Sequence record: NC_023568.1
Length of the DNA: 64,000 nucleotides
Direction: 5' to 3' (one strand)
A program made the translations under genes and the position numbers. Below are positions 40,583-48,230 of this stretch, piece after piece. The notes under the pieces are model-generated. The model saw nothing but the letters and a program-made list of their open reading frames with translations. It ran no database searches and was not told where the DNA came from. Each line of letters starts with the position of its first letter. The first letter of the stretch is position 1.

Positions 40583-41767
40583 CTAAGCGACGAACGCTAC
40601 ACGCTGTACGATTGTCTGTTTTTCGTCGCGAAACTCTTCGTGCGCTTTTACAGTCGCTTTTACAGTTACTGAAACGCCTTTCTCAATCGCTTCGCCGTCG
40701 TTATCACGTAGACGCTTTGAACCAAACCACACGATTAGATTGTTTTGTTCATCGCGAAACTTGTGAATGAACGTGTCACCGTAGTAGCCTTCAGAAACGA
40801 TAACCGCTTCAAGAGTGACATTAAAGTTCTCGCGTTTTTTGATAGTACCGACGTACTCAGATTCTGGCAAATCTGCTTTACGTTCAGCTTCGCGTTTAGC
40901 TAGAATCTCGCGCTCTTTTGCTTTGTTGAAAGCTAAGATAGCCGCTGCAATGTAACCAGTTTGTTTGTACTCGATGAATGGTGCAGAACAAGACGCGATG
41001 ACGTTATGCATGAAATCGTTAGTCGCTTCTTGAGTTGCAACCCATTCTAAAATCTCTTTTGCTTGCTCTTCACAATTGTCGTAATCATATTCATCTAACA
41101 TTGCATCGCGTTCGGTACGAAGTGCAGGTGTACCTGCATTAATCATGTCAAGAACCCATTGACGAGTCACACCGCCACCGTGATAACAACCTTTGTGTTC
41201 AACATACATAGCAGCCCAAGCAAGAATCTGAAGCGCGTTATATGAAATTTTACGAGAACCACCACCCCAAGACTCTTCATCACCGAAATCAGCGATTGCA
41301 GTGTAGAACGTCGCTAGTGAGTCGATAGATTTAGTCGGCAAGTAGTATTTCAAGCATGAACCACCGACGCGCATTTCTTCTTTAGTCTCTTCATTCTGAA
41401 TGACGTAAGTTACATTGCGTTGACGATTAGAGTTACAGTGATCGCATGTTGTGTCGCCTAGAAGATGACGGTGATTTGTTTCGTTGTTTGAACGAATAAG
41501 ATTTGTCGCGTGGTCAAGTTGAGTCAAGAAAGACCAACCTTTAGTTGACGGGTATTCACCGCGAATAGTAACATCAACGTAGTATTCACGATGCTTTTGG
41601 TGATTGATAATAATGACTTTTGAGTACACTTCACCGAACTCAAATGTAATTTCAGCAACACCGAGACGTTTTGCAATCTTGTTAGTAGATGCAATACGCG
41701 CTTCAAACTCGCTCATGTAGATTGATTTGATTGTGTAAGTGTTTTCGAATTTGTTTAGTGAAGTCAT
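40583..41767 (-). CDS. Conserved hypothetical early protein (CDHC...C metal-binding motif, C-terminal OB-fold-like region)
   Basis: TCDHCNSNRQRNVTYVI..RVGGSCL; C-terminal YVGTIKKRENFNVTL..IVWF..VTVKATVKAHEEFRDEKQTIVQRV. Confidence 0.8.
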   Translation of the reverse strand: MTSLNKFENTYTIKSIYMSEFEARIASTNKIAKRLGVAEITFEFGEVYSKVIIINHQKHREYYVDVTIRGEYPSTKGWSFLTQLDHATNLIRSNNETNHRHLLGDTTCDHCNSNRQRNVTYVIQNEETKEEMRVGGSCLKYYLPTKSIDSLATFYTAIADFGDEESWGGGSRKISYNALQILAWAAMYVEHKGCYHGGGVTRQWVLDMINAGTPALRTERDAMLDEYDYDNCEEQAKEILEWVATQEATNDFMHNVIASCSAPFIEYKQTGYIAAAILAFNKAKEREILAKREAERKADLPESEYVGTIKKRENFNVTLEAVIVSEGYYGDTFIHKFRDEQNNLIVWFGSKRLRDNDGEAIEKGVSVTVKATVKAHEEFRDEKQTIVQRVAFVA

Positions 41768-41809
41768 AATGTTCTCTCTTGTAATGGACGATTCGTTTCG
41801 TTGATAGAG

Positions 41810-41838
41810 ATATTACGGCTTTTTGGTGTTGTCGTCAA
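41810..41838 (-). promoter_or_regulatory. Early sigma70-type promoter
   Basis: TTGACG-17 bp-TAATAT on -. Confidence 0.7.
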
Positions 41839-41932
41839 CCAATAGATACAAAAAAAGCGCAAAAATGCGCTTTTTAATTATCAAGCAGGTACGAAATCTG
41901 CTGAATTCATGAAAATCTTGAAATGTTTTCAT
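41813..41932 (-). pseudogene. CTS-bearing mini-ORF or remnant (MKTFQDFHE...)
   Basis: RBS AGAGAG then MKTFQDFHE. In frame it runs through the terminator; a +1 shift gives SADFVPA-stop-stop just before the terminator. Confidence 0.45.
41850..41875 (-). terminator. Terminator closing the late 43456-41932 operon
   Basis: A7-GCGCA-AAAA-TGCGC-T5. Confidence 0.8.
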
Positions 41933-41939
41933 TGCTCTC

Positions 41940-42860
41940 TTATTTTCTAATGAAATATGTTTTAGTCGAGACTTTCCCTTCGACCGTTTTATATGTGTAA
42001 TTCGGTAATGTATCAGCATATCGTTTTACTAAACGATTGTATAGTTTTATTCTCGAATCACTGTCGTTTTTTATATCTCGCTCTGCACTGAAATAAATTG
42101 TTTCTGGCTCTCGCTCGTCTATAAATTCACGCATACCGCTCATTACTGTCGCAAACACACCATACATATTGCCTCGACCTGTTGCGCTGTAAGTATAATC
42201 ACCCGAACTGTTCATACCTAAGAACACAAGTTCCCATGCATCGTTTTGTTCTTGATACTGTATTGCAATCGCGTATTCGTCCCCGTTTACCGTGAACGTA
42301 CCACCCCAACTGTGAATTCTCTTCTCAACCCAGTGTATTTTAGATGGTCGGTCAAATGCCTCAGTCAAGTTAACTGAAGATAACCATTCACGCCATGTCT
42401 TCTTATTACCGATCTTGGCAAATGGGATATCGTCATGATCTAGCCACTGAGCCGAGCGGTCATATGACTGAGAAGTATCAAACCCTCTATAATCATCACC
42501 AACCCACAACCATTTGTGATGCCATATTTGGTTTACTTGACGTGGTTTAGAAACAACACCGTCTCTGTAAGTAATCATCATACCCGCGGCTGGTTCTTGT
42601 ACAGTATCAAATTCAACTGAATCGTAGAAGGCAACTCCACCTTTCTTGTAGTCAATTCGTACTACATTCGGAGTAAATTGTGGGTTTGCAATTGATACTT
42701 GAGTACGAGCATCAGCAACCATTTGCTTGAACTCATCTGGGATATAGTCAATGTGAACATATAATGAACCGCCAATGTCTTTACCCACGCCCCACTTGCT
42801 GCGTTTTACTGCACTACCTTTTCGAGTTTTCAATGTAGCGCGTTCAAAAATTATGCTCAT
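41940..42860 (-). CDS. Hypothetical two-domain late protein, candidate internal head protein
   Basis: 306-aa ORF with RBS GAGG under late box 43479; internal LTE/AFD junction. Confidence 0.8.
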   Translation of the reverse strand: MSIIFERATLKTRKGSAVKRSKWGVGKDIGGSLYVHIDYIPDEFKQMVADARTQVSIANPQFTPNVVRIDYKKGGVAFYDSVEFDTVQEPAAGMMITYRDGVVSKPRQVNQIWHHKWLWVGDDYRGFDTSQSYDRSAQWLDHDDIPFAKIGNKKTWREWLSSVNLTEAFDRPSKIHWVEKRIHSWGGTFTVNGDEYAIAIQYQEQNDAWELVFLGMNSSGDYTYSATGRGNMYGVFATVMSGMREFIDEREPETIYFSAERDIKNDSDSRIKLYNRLVKRYADTLPNYTYKTVEGKVSTKTYFIRK

Positions 42861-42862
42861 TA

Positions 42863-43456
42863 TTACCTCGTTGCTGCGTTTGTAATATTGCGAATCATAC
42901 GAATTGCGTATTCAGTATCGCCAGTCATAGCCGATGACGCTGCTTTATCGACGTAAAATGTGCTATCTTCAATCATGTTCAAGTGATGGTAAATCTCACG
43001 AAAATCATGACGGTCGTATTCTTTCACATTAAAACGAAACGCACCTGCCTGCTTATCTTCGTCATGAACACGCTTGTATTCATCTACGACACGAATCATT
43101 TCGGTTGCGTATTTCTTCATTTCCATGTTATCAAGCTTTAAACGCTTTGCAGCTTTCATTACTTCGTCACGAGGACGTTCAAGCTCGATTACGTCTTTAA
43201 GAACATTCAGACTGTGAATTGTGTTCACTGCTGCACGCTCCATTCTTAGCTTATGGTCTTCTAGTGACTTATTGTGCTTTCTAAGTTCACCCGATGCTGT
43301 CGCACTCGCGATCAAACCTGCAAACACACCCCAGAAGCCACCTTTGCGCTGCATACGCTTTTTAACTTCACCTTTCGAACCCGATGTTGCTGCTTTAAAT
43401 TGAGCCCATCTACCGGTTTGTTTAGCTTTGTCCATTTCTGTTAAAAATTCTATCAT
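42863..43456 (-). CDS. Hypothetical late helical protein, candidate internal head protein
   Basis: Starts MIEFLTE; first gene after TCTAAATA (43479-43486, -). Confidence 0.8.
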   Translation of the reverse strand: MIEFLTEMDKAKQTGRWAQFKAATSGSKGEVKKRMQRKGGFWGVFAGLIASATASGELRKHNKSLEDHKLRMERAAVNTIHSLNVLKDVIELERPRDEVMKAAKRLKLDNMEMKKYATEMIRVVDEYKRVHDEDKQAGAFRFNVKEYDRHDFREIYHHLNMIEDSTFYVDKAASSAMTGDTEYAIRMIRNITNAATR

Positions 43457-43478
43457 TGTTAACCCCTTTGTTTACTAT

Positions 43479-43486
43479 TATTTAGA
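43479..43486 (-). promoter_or_regulatory. Late promoter variant TCTAAATA
   Basis: Between the terminator at 43495 and the 43456 ORF. Confidence 0.7.
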
Positions 43487-43494
43487 CGCAAACG

Positions 43495-43522
43495 AAAAAA
43501 GGGCGACCGAAGTCACCCTTTT
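43495..43522 (-). terminator. Terminator with UUCG loop
   Basis: On -: GGGTGAC-TTCG-GTCGCCC-T6. Confidence 0.88.
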
Positions 43523-43534
43523 AAATTGGTTAAT

Positions 43535-44161
43535 TTAACCGTATACTGATTTGATATTGTCGAAAAACGCAGTTGAACCGTGTAGTTTCGCTACAACATA
43601 CGATGCATTCTGACGAACAAGTTGTTTAACGTTCAGTTCTTTCAACTGCTCTTTTGACAAGTTCGCGCTATGTACAAGCGTAAGAATAGAACGTGCGTGA
43701 TCTGACAATGCAAGCGTTGAAATATAACGAGCTTGCTGTTTCGGTTCAAGTTTTTTAAATGCATCAACCGCTTGTGGACCCGCAACAGCTACTGCACGCC
43801 CCAGACCAAGATTGAGAACACGTGTCAATAGAGATTCCATCCCTAATACAGGCTTACGTGGCGACTCGCGTTTTGGCATGAGTACTTCTAATTTACCGTC
43901 ACCTTTCAACGTGTATACAGGAATCTCGGTGTGACCGAACGTTTCGAATCGAGTGACCATGATTTCAGGTGCATTCTGAACGTTAGCTTGAACACGACGA
44001 CGAAGACGCTCATCATATTCACCACCATTAAGTGAATATACAATCTCTGCAACTGTCAAGTCACGCTTTTCAAGCAATTGAATTACTGCTTTGCGGAAGT
44101 TACGACGCTTAGGTGACTCGTTAGTTGCAAGTGCTTTACGTACGATGTCTAAATCTTTCAT
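43535..44161 (-). CDS. Hypothetical early protein, possible N-terminal winged helix
   Basis: FRKAVIQLLEKRDLTVAEIVYSL...RRRVQANV..IPVYTL pattern. Confidence 0.7.
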   Translation of the reverse strand: MKDLDIVRKALATNESPKRRNFRKAVIQLLEKRDLTVAEIVYSLNGGEYDERLRRRVQANVQNAPEIMVTRFETFGHTEIPVYTLKGDGKLEVLMPKRESPRKPVLGMESLLTRVLNLGLGRAVAVAGPQAVDAFKKLEPKQQARYISTLALSDHARSILTLVHSANLSKEQLKELNVKQLVRQNASYVVAKLHGSTAFFDNIKSVYG

Positions 44162-44176
44162 AATATATTTCTCTCA

Positions 44177-44443
44177 TTAAATTACGATTGGCTCTTGAAT
44201 AGCCATGAATGTCTTGCCAGTGAATTCTTGATATGCTTCATGAAAGCTGTCAAGTTCATCGTCAACAATTATTTTTTCACCAGTATCAAATGAATATAAA
44301 ATACTGTCATATTTACCAGTTGCAGTATTAAACATCGGTTCAGTTGTGAATTTAACGCCACACGGTGTATAAAACTCTCTAGGTTTTTCAACAGGAACTT
44401 GTACAGCGTTATGTTCAGCAAAAGCTGTTTCGAGTTTGTTCAT
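44177..44443 (-). CDS. Hypothetical early protein
   Basis: 88-aa ORF with RBS GAGAG directly after the early promoter. Confidence 0.75.
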   Translation of the reverse strand: MNKLETAFAEHNAVQVPVEKPREFYTPCGVKFTTEPMFNTATGKYDSILYSFDTGEKIIVDDELDSFHEAYQEFTGKTFMAIQEPIVI

Positions 44444-44480
44444 ATTCTGCTCTCTTAGTTATGTTGTGTTAACGATGACT

Positions 44481-44509
44481 ATAATAAGCAAAAACATTTG
44501 AGTTGTCAA
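44481..44509 (-). promoter_or_regulatory. Early sigma70-type promoter
   Basis: TTGACA-17 bp-TATTAT on -, the same hexamers as the 8600-8628 promoter. Confidence 0.8.
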
Positions 44510-44998
44510 CTACTTTCTTCGCCATCTCTCAAGTTTTTCATCATATTCGCTATGCTTCCATAAGTCGAATACGATTGTACCTCTCTGAAACCACCAGACC
44601 AATGAAATAGTATCATTTAACTTAGGGTCTTTTGGGTTTTTCCCTGAATAAAATTCACTACTAGGGTGTGAGTGATAAATCGACTTTTTAACTGCGAACT
44701 TATACCCACCTTCAGGTTTACCGACTTCTTCTGGCGGGTATAAGTTACCTAGATACGCAACTTGATATACAGTGTTCTTGAATACGATTCGACTTGAATC
44801 AATATTGAAGAGCAAGTTCTGGTATTGAGCAGCATTCGCAGCAATCTTCCACGGGTGCTTCGGTTTCGTTTCTAGTAACTCATCGATTTTCGGCTCAGGG
44901 ATTAGTTTGGCTAGGTTATGATTACCCCACCCCTCTTCAAGTGATAAACTCAGTTCGATACCGTAAAGCGTGTTTTCATATTCATTAAATCGTAACAT
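44510..44998 (-). CDS. Hypothetical late protein; CTS-like start, possible RelE/HigB-like C-terminal domain
   Basis: MLRFNEY start, RBS GAGG, C-terminal IYHSH...ISLVWW..GTIVFDLWKHSEYDEK. Confidence 0.75.
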   Translation of the reverse strand: MLRFNEYENTLYGIELSLSLEEGWGNHNLAKLIPEPKIDELLETKPKHPWKIAANAAQYQNLLFNIDSSRIVFKNTVYQVAYLGNLYPPEEVGKPEGGYKFAVKKSIYHSHPSSEFYSGKNPKDPKLNDTISLVWWFQRGTIVFDLWKHSEYDEKLERWRRK

Positions 44999-45001
44999 AA
45001 A

Positions 45002-45514
45002 TTACCTCAGATAAATGAAGCTGTTCGAAAGACGGTCGTGAACTAAAAGATGACCATTTCGCTTAACCCAATATTCAATCGTCTTCAATTCGTGAGAGTC
45101 GCGTCGACCTATATTCCAATCATGAATCACATCATGCGCAACTGGCTGATATAGCTCATCACCACGGCGATAAGTAGGCATCCATTTAGGCTTGAATTCG
45201 TCCTTGATTACTAATGTTACGTTTTCATCACCTAAAGGGGCATTAGCAGAAACACCTTCTAATTCTTTCTTAACGTCGTCTGAAAGCTCTTTGACTACAA
45301 TCGCGTCCGATTCATCGACTGATTCACAGCGCGTCTCAGACTCGATTACAGAGCATTCTAGTGGTAGTTCTTTAACCTCGCGTAGCTCGTGTGTGAATAA
45401 CTCGTCGATCATCTTGCTTTTAGTCAGAGATTTATCAAGTTCGATGTCGTAGTACTCTTTTGCAAATTCTGCAACTACGCGCTTGGTTTGTTTCTTTAGA
45501 TATTCTTTAATCAT
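45002..45514 (-). CDS. inh: Second Inh-like protein, at the T4 inh position next to uvsW
   Basis: AEFAKEYYDIELDKSLTKSKMIDEL and YWVKRNGHLLVHDRLSNSFIYLR; paralogue of 39680-40177. Confidence 0.75.
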   Translation of the reverse strand: MIKEYLKKQTKRVVAEFAKEYYDIELDKSLTKSKMIDELFTHELREVKELPLECSVIESETRCESVDESDAIVVKELSDDVKKELEGVSANAPLGDENVTLVIKDEFKPKWMPTYRRGDELYQPVAHDVIHDWNIGRRDSHELKTIEYWVKRNGHLLVHDRLSNSFIYLR

Positions 45515-45523
45515 AGTTTTACC

Positions 45524-45733
45524 TTAGCATTCAATTGTTACCCACACATTTCGATTTAAATCGAAAAATGTAAGTTCATTATCTGCACCGTTTTCATTTT
45601 TACGTTGTTCTTCTCGATTGCAATCAAGATGTGGTAGATAATGCTTGCATAAAGTCGCGTGATATTTCTTGCCTTTATGCTCAAACTTAAAGCAACCATC
45701 TTTCATCTTGTAAAACATTTCGTCTCTTGTCAT
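45524..45733 (-). CDS. Small hypothetical protein (possible WYL_2/DUF2693-like SH3 fold)
   Basis: KFEHKGKKYHATL..LP..LTFFDLNRNVWVTI; first gene after late box 45765. Confidence 0.65.
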   Translation of the reverse strand: MTRDEMFYKMKDGCFKFEHKGKKYHATLCKHYLPHLDCNREEQRKNENGADNELTFFDLNRNVWVTIEC

Positions 45734-45746
45734 GAATTTAGACCTC

Positions 45747-45772
45747 TATAAATACAGTTATACATATTTAGA
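45747..45772. promoter_or_regulatory. Overlapping-divergent late promoters (TATAAATA + for uvsW; TCTAAATA - for the inh operon)
   Basis: Boxes at 45747-45754 (+) and 45765-45772 (-). Confidence 0.75.
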
Positions 45773-45797
45773 CAAAACTCGCATAGAGAGAAAAATC

Positions 45798-47330
45798 ATG
45801 ACATGTGACATTAAAATTGAGTACCACGATGAGAGTTATGCGAGAGTCGTAGCCGAGCCAAGCATCACTCACGAAATGATTGACTATTTCTCATTTCTAA
45901 CAGATGGGTACAAATTTAACCCGAAATTTAAAATGGGCATTTGGGATGGCAAAATTCGACTAATGACGTATCAAGGTCTATTGCCATACGGTCTAGTCGG
46001 ACAAGCTAAAGCGTTTGCATCAAATATGATGTATACGATTGAAACCGATCCAATGCTAGATCCGATTGAGAAAATTTCTCGTGAAGATTTCGAAGCATGG
46101 GTTGAGTCTATTGACATCTACTCAGGGTCGAATAAGATTTCACCGTATTGGTATCAGATGGACTCTGTGTTTCACGGAATTAACAACCAACACAGTCTAT
46201 TGAATCTACCAACATCTGCGGGTAAATCATTAATTCAGTCGCTGATTACTAAATGGTTCTTAGCACAAGAAGAGCACGAACTTCAGAAAGTATTAGTGAT
46301 TGTACCTACAACTGCACTTGTTCAGCAAATGCGCGATGACTTCTTAGATTATCGTTTATTCGAACACAGCGACATTTATCAGATTCGTGGTGGTGTTGAT
46401 CGAGACGCAATCGGTGACTGCCGAATCGTTGTATCTACATGGCAATCTGCTGTAAAACAACCGAAAGAATGGTTTGACCAATTCGGTATGCTTTTAGTCG
46501 ATGAGTGTCACTTGGCAACAGGTAAGTCATTAGACGGTATAATCAAGAAAATGACAAACTGTGAATACAAAATCGGTCTTACTGGCTCACTTCGAGACGG
46601 TAAAGCGAATATTCTACAGTACGTTGGTTCATTCGGTGATATTTTCCGACCTGTTTCAACTGCACAGCTAATGGAAGAAGGGCAAGTAACAGATCTGAAG
46701 ATCAATTGCTTGATGCTTGAATACCCACAGCCGTTACGTGACGAGATGAAAGGTAGTTCATATCAAGAAGAAATGAAATTCATTCTTGAGAACAAGCAGC
46801 GAAATCGTTACTTGATTAAGCTTGCGCATCATTTAAGCGCGAAGAAAGGCGAAAATACGTTATTGCTATTCAAGAACATCAAACACGGTAAATTGCTTTA
46901 CGAAGCGTTGAAGAGCGTATATGACCCAGAGAAAGTGTTCTACGTATCTGGTGAGACTAAAACAGACGACCGTACGCATGTGAAGAAGATTGCAGAAGAT
47001 ATTGACGGGGCGATTATTGTCGCATCATACGGTGTATTCTCGACTGGTATCAGTATCAAGAAACTACACAATGTAATTTTCGCGCACCCTACGAAGAGTA
47101 AGATCATCAACTTGCAGTCGATTGGTCGTATTCTACGTAAACACGGTTCGAAAGTTACGGCGAAGCTGTTTGACATTATCGACAACTTGGCAATCAAGCC
47201 GAAACGTAAGAACGCTAAGAAGCCGTACACTCACGTAAATTATACTATGAAGCATGGTATGCAACGTATTGAGCTTTACAACCAAGAAGAGTTCAAATAC
47301 GCAGTCAAGAAAGTAGATCTTGCCGCATAG
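45798..47330 (+). CDS. uvsW: UvsW SF2 DNA helicase
   Basis: NLPTSAGKSLI, VDECH, GLTGS, ASYGVFSTGISI and QSIGRILR. Start at ATG 45798. Confidence 0.97.
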   Translation: MTCDIKIEYHDESYARVVAEPSITHEMIDYFSFLTDGYKFNPKFKMGIWDGKIRLMTYQGLLPYGLVGQAKAFASNMMYTIETDPMLDPIEKISREDFEAWVESIDIYSGSNKISPYWYQMDSVFHGINNQHSLLNLPTSAGKSLIQSLITKWFLAQEEHELQKVLVIVPTTALVQQMRDDFLDYRLFEHSDIYQIRGGVDRDAIGDCRIVVSTWQSAVKQPKEWFDQFGMLLVDECHLATGKSLDGIIKKMTNCEYKIGLTGSLRDGKANILQYVGSFGDIFRPVSTAQLMEEGQVTDLKINCLMLEYPQPLRDEMKGSSYQEEMKFILENKQRNRYLIKLAHHLSAKKGENTLLLFKNIKHGKLLYEALKSVYDPEKVFYVSGETKTDDRTHVKKIAEDIDGAIIVASYGVFSTGISIKKLHNVIFAHPTKSKIINLQSIGRILRKHGSKVTAKLFDIIDNLAIKPKRKNAKKPYTHVNYTMKHGMQRIELYNQEEFKYAVKKVDLAA

Positions 47331-47335
47331 ATACG

Positions 47336-47364
47336 AAAAAGGGAGCAATTTGCTCCCTTTTTTT
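47336..47364. terminator. Bidirectional terminator
   Basis: A5-GGGAGCA-ATT-TGCTCCC-T7. Confidence 0.9.
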
Positions 47365-47365
47365 A

Positions 47366-47476
47366 TTAGTCTGAAAAGATTGCTGAGAGAATCGCACCGA
47401 TTAACTCAAAAAATAATTCAAATGGCGCCCATAGCCAGTCGAAGAACCCGCGATCTCGTTTACGATTCTTGCTCAT
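47366..47476 (-). CDS. 36-aa putative membrane peptide
   Basis: Hand translation MSKNRKRDRGFFDWLWAPFELFFELIGAILSAIFSD; starts 5 nt after the uvsY.-2 stop and ends at the terminator. Confidence 0.6.
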   Translation of the reverse strand: MSKNRKRDRGFFDWLWAPFELFFELIGAILSAIFSD

Positions 47477-47480
47477 ATCT

Positions 47481-47651
47481 TTACCCGTTTAGCAGTTGTG
47501 TTTCTACAAGTTGCGTTTCGCCACCAGACTCAGAAATAGACATTTCTGATAAATGTTGCTGACATTGACCTGCGTGAACTGTGCCTTGTGGCGTATCAAT
47601 AGTGACATCGCCTTCTTTAATAGGTTGTTTACATACAACACAATGTGCCAT
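47481..47651 (-). CDS. uvsY.-2: UvsY.-2-like small Zn-binding protein (DUF2685)
   Basis: MAHCVVCKQPI..TPQGTVHAGQC..ISES..QLVETQLL matches the T4 uvsY.-2 pattern. Confidence 0.85.
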   Translation of the reverse strand: MAHCVVCKQPIKEGDVTIDTPQGTVHAGQCQQHLSEMSISESGGETQLVETQLLNG

Positions 47652-47815
47652 TAGTCTAACCCCTTTTTTATAAGTGATTGGTAGAGATAAAACCCATCGA
47701 CTTGTAAAGAGCCATGAAGTTCCCATCCCTCGTTAAGTAGTTTCTGCACTTCCTCTTCAAAAGTTCTTGAATTATTGCCATGCACTACTTTGTATTTAAT
47801 GTAATCAGTCTGCAT
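47651..47815 (-). CDS. 54-aa hypothetical protein (DUF1737-like)
   Basis: Hand translation MQTDYIKYKVVHGNNSRTFEEEVQKLLNEGWELHGSLQVDGFYLYQSLIKKGLD; stop overlaps the next ATG. Confidence 0.7.
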   Translation of the reverse strand: MQTDYIKYKVVHGNNSRTFEEEVQKLLNEGWELHGSLQVDGFYLYQSLIKKGLD

Positions 47816-47816
47816 A

Positions 47817-48230
47817 TTACAGACCGATTGCTAGTTTGAACAACTGAGACGCTTTACCACCATCGAAAACTTTACCTGTAGCTTTTAGAGCGCCCATTAG
47901 TTTACCCATGTCACGCATAGAATCAGCACCAGTTTCTAGAACAAAGTTAGAAACGAACGTGTCTAGATCTGATTCAGAGATTTTTGCAGGTAGTAGAGAC
48001 TCAAGAACTGCGTTTTCTGCGTTCAGAATGTCTACATGATCGCCTTGTGCGTGTTCAAGAGCAAGTTTGTTGTTGTCAATCGCGCTTGAGATTACTTTGA
48101 TGCAAGACTCGTCATCGTGTTTTTGACGACGGTCAAGTTCACCCATAATGACACCGAGTACAGACGCAACTGCGTTGTTACGGTCTTTACGAGCTTGTAG
48201 GCGTGTTGTTTTAATTGTTTCGATGATCAT
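47817..48230 (-). CDS. GatB/YqeY domain protein
   Basis: ARKDRN..VLGVIMGEL, ENAVLESLLPAKISE, SMRDMGKLMGALK and DGGKAS. Confidence 0.88.
   Translation of the reverse strand: MIIETIKTTRLQARKDRNNAVASVLGVIMGELDRRQKHDDESCIKVISSAIDNNKLALEHAQGDHVDILNAENAVLESLLPAKISESDLDTFVSNFVLETGADSMRDMGKLMGALKATGKVFDGGKASQLFKLAIGL

Noticed and set aside
40555-40770. 71-aa + strand ORF
   Set aside because: Starts just after a terminator and is antisense to the C-terminus of the 40583 gene.
47320-47562. + strand 80-aa ORF as uvsW.1
   Set aside because: It reads through a strong bidirectional terminator and overlaps better-supported - strand genes.
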